Source: Octopus vulgaris (taxonomy: Eukaryota). Taken from it: a stretch of DNA of 64,000 nucleotides. The notes beneath the pieces were generated by a model. The model searched no databases. It worked only from the letters and a program-made list of their open reading frames with translations, and was not told the DNA's origin. This document shows, in pieces, positions 52,298 to 63,861 of this stretch. The position numbers were made by a program, and so were the translations under genes. Each line of letters begins with the position of its first letter. Position 1 is the stretch's first letter. Location: the NCBI GenBank assembly GCA_951406725.2, contig OX597817.1, positions 53,630,001-53,694,000 of the forward strand, in the 5' to 3' direction.

Positions 52298-54331
52298 TAT
52301 GTATATATATATTGTATATGTGTAGAATTGATGGAAATGAGCCGGTTGGGTCTGAGCTTTACTGCTTTCAGTATTGTTGTGGTATTTAGTTTGGTTCCTC
52401 TGTACCATGAGTTCAATTCCTACTTCTGAGGACTTTGGTATCAGTTTTACTCATCCTTTGTGGGATGGAAAAATAAACAGTCATGTCTTGATATCAATTC
52501 CCGCAAGTACAGTCCTCCTCAGCAATTTTAGGGCTTTACACCAACAGAAAGCATTATGGCTGTTGTGGCCTTTGTTGTTGTTTGTTTGTTTGTTGAGCGA
52601 AGCCGTCTTCGTCCCAGAGCTCGCAAGATCGCGCCTCAGGATAGTCTGTAGAAGTCCGAAACGTGGTCCTTTGCTATTCGTAAGACCCGCAGAAGAGACA
52701 GCAGGTCAACCCCCGACACCGAGAGCATCGATGGATGGATGAATGTGCATCCAGGCTCAACGGTTGCGTAGAAAGTTGGGGACAAGAAACAGGAAGACAG
52801 AGTGAGAGAAAGTTGGAGCGAAAGAGTACAACGGGGGTCACCACCACTCCCTGCCGGAGCCTCGTGGGGCTTTAGGTGTTTTTGCTCAATAAACACACGC
52901 AACGCTCGGTCTAGGAATCAAAACTGCTAGTCTGCTACCCTAACCACTGGGCCATTGTGCCCCCACTGTTGTTGGTGTTACAGGTAGTCCTACTCATTCT
53001 TGTAGGAAGAGGTGCCATTATTATTCTTAAAAAAGGCAGCGAACTGGCAGAATCGTTAGCATGCCAGACAAAATGCTATTAAGCACTTTGTCAATCTTTA
53101 TGCTCTGAGTTCAAATTCTGCTAAGGTCAGCTTTGCCTTTATCTTTTCAGGGTCAAAAAAATATGTACCGATTGAGCACTGGGATCGATATAATCGCTTA
53201 GCACCCACCCATAAAATTTCAGGCCATGCACCAATAATAATAGTAATAATTATTATTATTATTTTGCCATGAGAGGGCTGGTAACAGCATTTATTGAATC
53301 TACCTTTCTGTAAAAGAAATTGGTTCTTGTTTTATTGACCAGAGGAATTAGTAGAATTATAGGCTCATCTTAATCTAACTTGAATTTCAAATCCTACCTG
53401 TTAGCATTGAACTCAGTTGAGCAGCATTTATCAGTGTGTGTGTGTGTAAGTGTGTGCTCTGTTATTGTGCCAAATCAGCTCTGCACCATCAATAGACTTA
53501 TAGGTTCCCTCAACCTACCGTACACACCTTTCCCAGCTTAAGACTCACCTTGAGGGGATCATTGTTTTTTACTACTACTACTACTACTGCTGCTGCTGCT
53601 GTTACAAAATAAGTGAATAGACATTACCCATAAGGTTTCTCTCCAATCCTTCCTCTCTGGAAATGGACTCCCCCCTGACAATCCTTTCTTGGTCACACTC
53701 TACCTACTGACATCAAACTCTAAATATATGAACCACATTAATCTCACCTGTCTTGTGAGGCCCTACCTTACCTGTATTATGTGGTTTTACTTCAGTTCAA
53801 CATCTAATGCCAGTGCTGGTCACTGGAGCTTGACTTTGAAGTTAAATTGTAATGTCCCCAGGAAGGTGGAGTTATCTGTACAAGAGTACTTAGCTTTGAT
53901 CTTTATTCACTCGTTTGGTTTGGACAGGTATTTAAATTGATATTCAGTTTTATATTAAACTGATATCAGGCTGATCCCTACTGCCATACTTAAAATGATT
54001 CCATACCATATTCTAGAATCTTCTATAACTTAACACTGGCAGATATGATAAGATTCTTTTAGTAAAGGGTCCCACAACTGATTGCTATCAAATAACTTCC
54101 ACACTCCAACCTCTGGCTGGCCCACGGGCCACATACTGTCTCCTTTCTCTCTTGTGTATTCTATTTCTTGGAGTAGGTTGGTCTTCTCCCTCTTCCTCCT
54201 CCTGTTACCCTTCTCTCCATTTCTCCTCACCTTTGTATTTGTCCCCTACCCTACCCTCACGTCTCACATGAACTACAATGATTTTCGAAATTTACCATTC
54301 TGCTCATTCTTGAGAATTAATTCTTACTCAC

Positions 54332-54490
54332 GGTCCCAGACCGCATCATTCAGGCAGTGGAATTGGTTGATTGATATCCAACTTTTCAAATTAGGAGCAA
54401 TATTGTTCCACTTGTTCACAAATTTTTGGTTCAGTTTCCTAAGTAGCATCTTGTGGTGGTGTGAGCCCCAAACATCCTCTGCTTTTCTCC
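54332..54490 (-). CDS. Candidate internal exon of an unidentified minus-strand gene: (G)RKAEDVWGSHHHKMLLRKLNQKFVNKWNNIAPNLKSWISINQFHCLNDAVWD
   Basis: On the - strand: pyrimidine tract ttttcttcctttatcactctctttctcaAG, a 159-nt exon with only the phase-1 frame open, and donor GTGAGT at 54331. No family recognised. Confidence 0.4.
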
Positions 54491-54789
54491 CTTGAGAAAG
54501 AGAGTGATAAAGGAAGAAAATCTCGATTGAGGGATGGAATGAGGGAGTAGCAATATTGAAAGCTGTTGAAGCTGTTATTTGGGACCAGATGTGGAGGAAG
54601 ATGTTGAAGTTTCACAGCTGTGTTCTTCAACTTCATTCACTGCCCCAACAGATTCCTGTTCTCAGGAATCCCCATTTAACAACTTCTTGTACTCCTGGTC
54701 CCCATTCACTGCTTCAACAGTCTGGCTATGTATTTAGGGTCAACAGACATTACTGTGTGAATATCATCAACCTTAATAAACAAGATATC

Positions 54790-55127
54790 TCGTTTTTGGA
54801 TTTGGTTTGCAAGATTCTTTCTATGAGTTTGTGTGTTAAAGCATATTCTATTGTGTCTGGGGAGAGTCATTTCTTTTTGTTCTTTATTATGTAACACACA
54901 CACAATGGTAAAATTTCCACTTTTTTATTATTCTAAAATTTTCGTTGCGTCTTGCAATCTTTTCAATAGTTTTGACTCTAATAGCTTTGAGTCAAAACTA
55001 TTGAAAAGGTTGCAAGACGCAACGAAAATTTTAGGAAAATAAAAATAAGTAAAAAGTGGAAATTTTACTGGTGAGTGTGTTACATAATAAGGCACAAAAA
55101 GAAAATGACTCTCCCCAGACACTATAG
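54790..55127. mobile_element. Insertion with an internal ~280-bp inverted duplication and 12-bp TSD; second family member at 18229-18480
   Basis: AAACAAGATATC lies at 54778-54789 and 55128-55139. Segment 54848-55127 is a near-perfect hairpin, and 54790-54847 is the reverse complement of the 3' end of the 18229 copy. Confidence 0.8.
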
Positions 55128-55565
55128 AAACAAGATATCCTTATCTGAAATGTCTCCTTATTTCATAATAGAGACAATGACTTGTCGAAATCAATTCTGT
55201 CATAGCTTAGGGTCCCTTTCACAGTCGATAAAGCTGTAAGCCCTGTTATATAGCCTAAACCTATTAAATACTTTTAAACTGCACTAAATATCAGTCCAGT
55301 ACTTCTGTTATGGATGGACCAACTCTCTCTGTTAAGTACCTCAAACTGTATCCAGAATGGATCATCTTCAATACCTCAAACTTTTTTAGATTCCAACAGG
55401 TTTTAAAGATCAGTAATCTTGACATGATGTAAGTTTGCATCAGTTCATTTCTCTCACATTTTCTAGAGTCTTTTGCTAACCCAGGATCCCCACCCCTCAC
55501 ACACACACTGTTTCTGATTCATTATTACCATTCTGTTCCATAAACACATCTCTGACCCTACTCAC

Positions 55566-55593
55566 CTCTTCGACCGAAGATAAATTGTAGCAT
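55566..55593 (-). CDS. Candidate first coding segment (MLQFIFGRR-G) of the same minus-strand gene
   Basis: ATG at 55593-55591 with A at -3, and donor GAG|GTGAGT at 55565. Phase 1 is compatible with exon 54490. An upstream out-of-frame ATG (MDNKCYNLSSVEE) also exists. Confidence 0.3.
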
Positions 55594-56299
55594 TTATTAT
55601 CCATTCGCTTTGATCTAACTTGGGTGGCTGGTTTAAGACTGCACCCAGTCAAATAACCAGGACTTGGTCCTTGCTTTCTGTGTCAGAATTCATTCTGTTG
55701 CACACATTTGGACCAGGTCACTGGTTCCCTTCCTGCCTACATTTTTGTTTAAGCTGGACATCAACCACATCAATCTGATCTTGACCTGTCTGGGAAAAAG
55801 AATGCCTTTCAGGGGCACAGGCTTCATACCTTCTGCTCTTTCCTGACTAACTTGTAAAATATAAAACAAAAACACATTATTTCAGTGTCTTCTACAAGAT
55901 CCAGCTTTGTGCTTTGGTGACCTTTTTGTTTTTTTGTTTTTTTTGTTGTTGTTGTTAGTCTTTTCAATATGTCTTCATTATAAGACCTTAAAAAGGGTCA
56001 CTGATAAACTTCATATTGAGAGGACTTACAGAATAGGAGAGATATTTACAAAGTGTCCTCTTTTCCATTGGGGGTAAACTGTAGCCCTACACCTGTTCAG
56101 TAGGGGTCACCCATTTAAAATGTTAAGGATGGGGAACGGATATTGGAAAATCTCTTGCTGAGCCCTTCAAACAGTGACAGACTGAGGAACTGATCAATTC
56201 GTTAAGAAAATGGGTTTGGGGGATAGGGGTTGGGGTATTATTTCCCCCCCCCCCAATATAAATTATAATTATAAAGCGAAAACAAACAATAAATAAAAG

Positions 56300-56580
56300 A
56301 AACTCTTAACGACTTCACCATTTTCTGCTCCCTAATTATATCTTGACAATTAAAACTGTAATTAAAATAATTAAATAAATGAATATAAAAATTCCTGCTT
56401 TCTGTTTTTCTTTAAAATATTTTTTGAGGTTTTCAGATGTATTTATTGTCTTTCAAACGTAAGTCAGTCCTGTTCCAGTTGAATCACGATCAAAGACCTT
56501 CTAACTACGACCATCCGGTATTATTCAAACTGTATTTACGAAATACACTACTCGTGATATTAACGTGCAATTGGCTGCGT
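56300..56580 (-). promoter_or_regulatory. Possible unmethylated promoter/first-exon region of the candidate minus-strand gene
   Basis: Non-repeat segment with about 8 CpGs in 56455-56580, at the point where CpG depletion ends. A CCAAT lies on the - strand near 56570, next to a SINE tail. Inferred from position only. Confidence 0.25.
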
Positions 56581-56829
56581 CCTCCACAGACACATGTGCC
56601 CTTAACGCAATTCCCAGGGAGATTCAGCATGACACAGTGTGTGACAAGGCTGGCCTTTTGAATTACAAGTACAATTCATTTTTGCCAGCTGAGTAGAGCA
56701 ATGTAAAATAAAGTGTCTTGTTCCAGGACACGACTCGCAGCCCAGAATCGAACTCACGACCTTATTATCGCCAGCCGAATACCCTAACCACTAAGCCACG
56801 CGCCTCCACCATTGTCAGATATAATAACC

Positions 56830-57745
56830 CTTTCTACTAAAGGCACAAGGCCCGAAATTTGGTGAAGAGGGGACTAATCAGTTACACCGACACCAGTACT
56901 CTCCAATCCCTGCAAAAATGGAAGAACACAATGTTGTATACATCTGAGGAAGATGGAGGTGCACCATCAGCTGGTGGAAAAGAAACTCGCATGGAAGAAT
57001 CGAAGAAAAACTTTTCAAAACAATAAGGTTTCAAACTTTGGTAGAAGGCCAGTAGTTTCAGGGTGAACGAGGTCATCGATTATATCGACCCGATTGATTG
57101 ACTTGCACTTTATGTCATCAACCCCGAGGGATGAAAAGCAAAGGTGGCCACTGCAGGATTCGATCTTAGAGCGTAAAAGACCGGAAAAATACCTATTTCT
57201 TTACTACCCACAAGGGGACAAATAAGGACAGACAAACGAATTAAGTCAATTATATCGACCCTAGTGCGCAAGTGGTACTTATTTAATCGACCCCGAAAGG
57301 ATGAAAGGCTAAGTCGACCTCGGCGGAATTTGAACTCAGAACGTAAAGACAAACGAAATACCTATTTCTTTACTACCCACAAGGGGCCAAACACAGAGAG
57401 GACAAATAAGGACAGACAAACGGATTGTCGATTATATCGTCCCCAGTGCGTAACTGGTACTTATTTAATCGACTCCGAAAGGATGAAAGGCAAAATCGAC
57501 TTCAGCGGAATTTGATCTCAGAACATAGCGGTAGACGAAATACCTATTTCTTTACTACCCACAAGGAGACAAACGGATTAAGTCGATTACATCGAACCCA
57601 GTGCGTAACTGGTACTTATTTAATCGACCCCGAAAGGATGAATGGCAAAGTCGACCTCGGTGGAATTTGAACTCAGAACGTAACGGCAGACGAAATACGG
57701 CTACGCATTTCGCCCGGCGTGCTAACGTTTCTGCCAGCTCGCTGC
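56830..57745 (-). mobile_element. Multimeric, CpG-intact family-A SINE: head, three body+tail1 units, then body+tail2
   Basis: Three ~170-180-bp units start with aaatacctatttctttactacccacaagg at 57187, 57357 and 57537. Confidence 0.8.
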
Positions 57746-59409
57746 CTTCAAAGACCAGAAAAATACCGCAAAGCATTTTTTCTGACTCTAACAATTCTGT
57801 CACACGGAAAAACAGGTGTTTACCTGCTTATTGTTATCATAGTAACTGCCATGAAGAAATTTGCCAAGACCTAACCAACTATTATCCTCTCTATTATAAC
57901 CAACTATTATACATACATTGAATATACGACGATTATCTATGATGTTATAAATCTTACGAAAGGAGAATGGCAGAGAGATAATCTATCTGTGTGTCTGTTT
58001 GTTTTAGTTCGAAATCAGTTATGATTTTTCTACGAACGTCAAGTGTTTTATATGTAAATGTCTACAACAGTAGAAACATCAAAAATAGTCCACAACTATT
58101 TTTGTTGACACTAGAAATATGTACGATGCTGAGAAACGGCTATTTTGTATTAACTATTTTATATTTTCGGCTAAAACAAGCGATGGTGTTTTGCTAAATA
58201 AAATAACCACTTTAACAATTCGAACGTGGGAAATCACGCACTGGGGTCGATATAATCGACTTAATCCGTCTGTCTGTCGTTGTTTGTCCCCTCTGTGTTT
58301 AGCCCCTTGTGGGTAGTAAAGAAATAGGTATTTCGTCTGCCGCTACGTTCTGAGTTCAAGTTTCGCCGGGGTCGATTTGCCTTTCATCCTCTCGGGATCG
58401 ATTAAGTAAGTACTAGTTTCGCACCGGGATCGATGTAATCGACTTGATCTCTTCCCCCAAATTTGAGGCCTTGTGCCCCCAGTAGAAAGGATTATCGACA
58501 CACATTTATGTAAGCATTACATACCATATATACATTGTTTATGTATACATTACATATAAATTTACGCATTATATACACACATATACGCACACACTGATGC
58601 ACATACACACACACGTGTACTTGACTGTGTAGCCAGCAGTGAGTCCTTCCATCAAAATAATATCCCTAACAATAAATATACACGTAAATACATACTCGTG
58701 TTCACACACGTGCGCGCGTGCTTACATACACACGCATACACAGACACATATACACAAACACATACACGCACGCACGATTTTTTTTTTTTTTTTGTAAATG
58801 GAAGATAAAAGTACAGAATATTCAGTGTAGAGTTTACATCAATTGTTGCTGCTGAGTTCATCGCACACACAGGCGTGCATTTGCGCTCGTTCAACAATAT
58901 TTAATGAATGGATCCAATGCATTCGCTAGGCTGGTACTCATCGATCAAATGCGATCAGGTGATTTAATACGTGGTAACCCTGGGGAAAAGGTTGTAGCTG
59001 TGTAGAGAACAGTAGTGCAAGGGAGAGAACTCAATCTAGATTTGTGATCATCAAAGGGAAGCTACTCTCCGGTCTGTATTACATCGATGTTAATAGGTCA
59101 TGGGTTTTGACGTGTAAGAAAGCTATGCAGAAGGGATTGTCTCTGATGGTGATAGCTAGATAGTATCTCCGGTCTCTGACTGAGAGATATCACTTATCAG
59201 TAATAAAATGCAACTTATAAATTAATATCACCGAAAGTTACGGATTCCATTGCAAAGCGGAATAGTTTTGTCGAAGATGCATCATGCTATGAAATGCGTT
59301 TCGAACTGGTGTCTCTTAGGTTCCAAACAAATTAAATCAAGAGAGTAGACTTTTTTGTGTCCTTTAGCTTGAATGAGTGCAGATATATTATCGATTTTTG
59401 AATATATTT

Positions 59410-59645
59410 TTTATTTCTTTACTGCCCACAAGGGGCTAAACACAGAGGGGACAAACAAGGACAGACAAACAGATTAAACCGATTACATCGAACCCAGTGC
59501 GTAACTGGTACTTAATTTATCGACCCCCGAAAGGATGAAAGGCAAAGTCGACCTCGGCGGAATTTGAACTCAGAACGTAACGGCAGACGAAATAACGCTA
59601 GACATTTCGCCCGGCGTGCTAACGTTTCTGCCAGCTCGCCGCCTT
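59410..59645 (-). mobile_element. Full-length CpG-intact family-A SINE; other copies at 16040-16240 (-), 17714-17935 (+), 29015-29232 (-), 30213-30448 (+), 48900-49045 (+), 53033-53230 (+), 58232-58495 (+) and 63655-63775 (+)
   Basis: Reverse complement reads aaggcggcgagctggcagaaacgttagcacgccgggcgaaatg...gagttcaaattccgccgaggtcgactttgcctttcatcctttcgggggtcgataaattaagtaccagttacgcactggg. Confidence 0.9.
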
Positions 59646-60577
59646 ATTTTTGAATATATTAGCGGTGAGTCCTATATAGGTCCTTTCGATACTGTCAGAT
59701 GTCACAAATGCTCATTTGAGTCAAGATTCTTCAAGCAGCCAGATTGAGGGATTTCTGCCATTATTTGCAGGCTGTTGGGTTGGGCCGTTTAAATATGCTT
59801 CTGTGCAATGTGATCTCGGAAGTAATATCATCAAGGCAGAAGTGGCTGACAATAATCTTATTAGTGATGAATATTTTTCAGTTGTCTATGGGTAGGAAGT
59901 ATTGTTTCAATGGAGCCAAAATTTACATTCAGCCTGGCCTGTGATCTGTCAATACTCCACTTCATTCACCAAATATTGTCTGAATCAACATATGCATACA
60001 ATTAAACTCTGAATAAAACGCTTAGTTGCAAATTTGTGAATTTAATCAATTTATTTCTAATGCATGCATGCATACATACATACATACATACATACATACA
60101 TACATACATACATACATACATACATACATACATACATACATACGTACGTACGTACGTACATACATACGTACGTACGTACATAAATACGTACATACGTATG
60201 TACGTACATACGTACGTACATACATGCGTACGTACGTACATACATACATATGTATATATATTTATATATGTTTTATATATTTTTATATGCCTATATTTTT
60301 ATATACCTATATATTTTTATATATTACTTATATTATATTTTACTTTCTACGTCCTTATAAATGTATTCTCTTTGAATCGCTAGAATATTAATTCTAAGTT
60401 TTAACAAGAATTTTTCTTGCACCATACCATATTAATATTATATTATTATTATTACGTGCTGTACATATGAATTTTGTTCCATATTGCGGATTATATGTTT
60501 ATTCTATAATTAAATGTTCGAATTATGAAATGACATGCGGTTGACTTTGTATTTGCTTGTTCAATGATTTTAGTTTG

Positions 60578-62105
60578 ATACATACATACATACATACATA
60601 CATACATACATACATACATACATACATACATACATACGTACGTACGTACGTACGTACATACATACATGCATACATACATGCATACATACATACGTACGTA
60701 CATACATACGTACGTACATACATACATACATACGTACGTACATACATGCGTACATACATACATACATACATACATACATACATACATACATACATACATA
60801 CATACATACATAATGTCTACCCCCTCGTTATCGAGTATGGCCATTGCACGAAGCTTAACTGTTACTGGTGTGTGATCGAATGTGACTTTTTAGCCCAGCT
60901 AAAGATCTACAATGTCTTGTACAAAATTGGCAACTAAGACCTTTACTGGTAATAGCCAACAGTAGTTGTAACTGGGCTTCATGTACCTTTGCATGTCGTT
61001 TAAGTCCTCCTGCCGAATTACACTCTCTTCCACATGCTCGACAGATATGATTAGTATGGTGTGTTACACCCCCACCAGTGGCCAGGTTGTCACTCATCTG
61101 TCTCGTTTTATGACTACGAAGATGACTCATGAGTCCAGCTTTACTGAGGCAGGGTCTTGCACAGACATTGCATGTCAGAATCAAAGGAAGACCCTTCCCT
61201 TCTGGAAGTGTAACAGCGATGCCCTTCCTGACATCCCACCTTACTTTCTCATGTGCAACTCGAGATTTCTCAAACGTGGCTTTCCCCTCATGCACAATCC
61301 TTCTCCACCTGCTACGATCAATAGCTATGCCTTCCCATGTGTCAGGAGAGATGCAAGCATCTCTTAAGGAAGCCTTCAGCAAGTCCTTATACCTCTTTTT
61401 TGGTGTATGTGGAGGTCGTTCTCCTTTAGCTAACTCTCCATAAAAGAGTTGTTTTGGCATCCTTGAATCCTTCATTCTGACCAGATGACCACTCCATCTG
61501 AGCCTTTGCTTTAACACAAGAGCTTCTATACTTACACACCGAGAGCCTTCGAGTATTTCAAGATCACTGATGCGGTCCTTCCACTTAATGCTATAGATCC
61601 GTCTGAGGCACATCTGATGGAAACGTTCCAGATGTTTAAGGTGGTATCGATATGTGACCCACGTCTCGCAGGCATAGAGAAGAGAAGGGAGCACACATGC
61701 CTTGTACACCTTTATCTTTGTCTTTCTGCATATGTCTCGCCGACTCCAGAGGTGCTTTTCTAGCCTACCGAAAGCAACACTTGCTTTCCTAATTCTATAT
61801 GGAACTTCATCATCCACATTGCCATATCTATTAATAGTGCTTCCCAGGTAGACAAACTTATCGACTACATCAAGTCATTTACCATTCACATAGATATTTG
61901 GTACACTATACTGCTTACCAGGGGCAGGTTGATGCATGACAACAGTTTTCTTGAGATTGACTGTCAATCCGAAGGCAGTGCAAGCATCAGAGAATGCATT
62001 CAAAATGTGTTGCATATCAATTTCTGTGTGTGCTACTAGCTCACAATCATCAGCATACAAAAGGTCTCTTATGACAGAGGTAAATATTTTTGTTTTTGCA
62101 GCAAA
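60578..62105 (-). mobile_element. Young 5'-truncated RTE-clade LINE: RT domains 5-7, C-terminal region, three C2H2 fingers, short 3' UTR and (ATGT)n tail
   Basis: Frame FAAKTKI..IRDLLYADDCEL...GLTVNLKKT...FVYLGSTI...KTKIKVYKACVLPSLLYACETW...RLRWSGHL.RM runs from 62105 to 60855 with one in-frame TGA (61877-61875). The 3' UTR ...GGCCATACTCGATAACGAGGGGTAGAC is followed by a tetranucleotide tail. Confidence 0.93.
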
Positions 62106-62573
62106 CATGCATACGTACGTACATACATACATACATGCATACATACGTACGTACATACATACATACGTACATACGTACGTATGTACATACATACGTACGT
62201 ACGTACGTATGTACATACATACGTACGTACGTACATACATACATACATACATACATACATACATACATACATACATACATACATACATACATACATACAT
62301 ACATACATACATACATACATACATACATACGTACACACATACATACGTACGTACACACATACATACGTACGTACACACCCACACATACATACATACATAC
62401 ATACATACATACATACATACATACATACATACATACATAAATACATACATACACACATACATAAATACATAATACACACATACACACACACATACATACA
62501 TACATACATACATACATACATACATACATACATACATACATACATACATACATACATACATACATACATACAT
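62106..62573. repeat. (TACA)n/(TACG)n microsatellite abutting the 5' end of the RTE; sister arrays at 60061-60250 and 60578-60811
   Basis: Direct reading. Confidence 0.95.
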
Positions 62574-62693
62574 AATATGAGGGTAAATAATTTTAAAATC
62601 AACAATTATTTCCGGGTAGATTTCGGTATGGAAACATAACCTTTATCGGTAGGAACTTTTTAAATAAGTTATATATATATATATATATATATA

Positions 62694-62801
62694 TAAAGGG
62701 CAGGCAACAGATTGTATATGTGGAAAATAGCAATAAGCGATCTTTGACTGTTATTTCTAATCTTTCGGTATGTGGCTAAGCAACCTGTTGCTTGCCCTTT
62801 A
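62694..62801. mobile_element. Short TA-flanked MITE
   Basis: taaagggcaggcaacagattg pairs with caacctgttgcttgcccttta. Confidence 0.6.
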
Positions 62802-62914
62802 TATTTATATACATACATATATACATACATACATACAGACAGACATGCGTATATGCATACAAGCATACACATACATACAAACATACATGTGAATATGTGT
62901 GTGTGTGTTCTTTT

Positions 62915-63238
62915 ATTCTTTTTCTTGTTTCAGTTATTTGATTACTACGGCCATGCTGGAGCTCCGTCTTTAGTCGAACAAATCGACCCCGGGACTTATT
63001 CTTTGTAAGCCTAGTACATATTTTATCGGCCCCTTTTGCTAACATCGGGGGACAAACAGACAAACACACACACACACACACACGACAGGCTTCTTTCAGT
63101 TTCCATCTACCAAATCCACTTACAAGGCTTTGATCGGTCCAAGCTGTAGTAGAAGACACTTGCCGAGGGTGCTACGCAGTGGGACTGAACTCGGAACCAT
63201 GTGGTTGAGAAGCAAGCTTCTTACCACACAGCCACGCC
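62915..63238 (-). mobile_element. tRNA-derived SINE family C; related pieces at 18050-18230 and 18610-18740 (split by a nested insertion) and 42285-42420 (+)
   Basis: Reverse complement reads gcgtggctgtgtggtaagaagcttgcttctcaaccacatggttccgagttcagtcccactgcgtagcaccctcggcaagtgtcttctactacagc...gtagatggaaactgaaagaagcctgtcg. Confidence 0.8.
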
Positions 63239-63861
63239 TGTATATGTATGTATGTTGTATACGTACTGTATATGTATTTATGTATCTCTCTCTCTTTCTC
63301 TCTCTGTGAATTATAAATAAAAGGGTGGCTTGTTATCAATTTTTCAGTCGAAGGGCAAAAATATATACGTCATTAAAGCGACTAAGGGTGCTATTCAGCC
63401 AGTATGATTTCTACGGTGATCTTATAAGCTGAGAAGGTGAGTTGAGTTTAACCCAAGGCGCCGGTGAAAACCATTGATGACCATTAATGCAAATGCGAAA
63501 TCGCTGATGACCTGGCAATGCCCGGTGCATAGGGAGCTTGCCTTCCTTTTCAGTAGATAAGACGGTGCGTTATTGTGGCTATGGGTTGTTCTTTGACTTT
63601 TATTTCTAGCAATACTGGTGCTGAATAACGCCCGGAGTCGCTTTAGTGACGTATCCTTTCGGGGTCGATAAATTAAGTACCAGTTACGCACTGGGGTCGA
63701 TGTTATCGACTTAATCCCTTTGTCTGTCCTTGTTTGTCCCCTCTATGTTTAGCCCCTTGTGGGTAGTAAAGAAATGTATATATATATGTTTGTGTGTGTA
63801 TAGTACACACATAGATATAGCTTTTGCGTTTTGCTTTAATAGAATCTTCTTTTAGAGAAGG

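Noticed and set aside
53549-53598. Minus-strand 50-nt segment with a good acceptor and GTGAGT donor (AAAVVVVVVKNNDPLK)
   Set aside because: Mostly a CAG/TAG microsatellite. It changes phase from 1 to 0 with no compatible downstream exon found.
53772-53875. Minus-strand CAG|GTAAGG donor with an upstream acceptor
   Set aside because: All three frames contain stop codons.
54706-54790. Protein-like stretch DILFIKVDDIHTVMSVDPKYIARLLKQ* on the - strand, interrupted by an insertion
   Set aside because: Flanked by stops even after removing the insertion, weak acceptor, and no recognisable family.
56437-56458. Plus-strand AG|ATGTATTTATTGTCTTTCAAAC|GTAAGT micro-exon
   Set aside because: Isolated 22-nt segment with no partner exons. 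Expected by chance in AT-rich DNA.
60002-62639. Many MYVC/HTYI ORFs, including the apparent 232-aa fusion at 61875-62573
   Set aside because: Microsatellite translation. Only 62105-61875 of that ORF is real LINE RT sequence.
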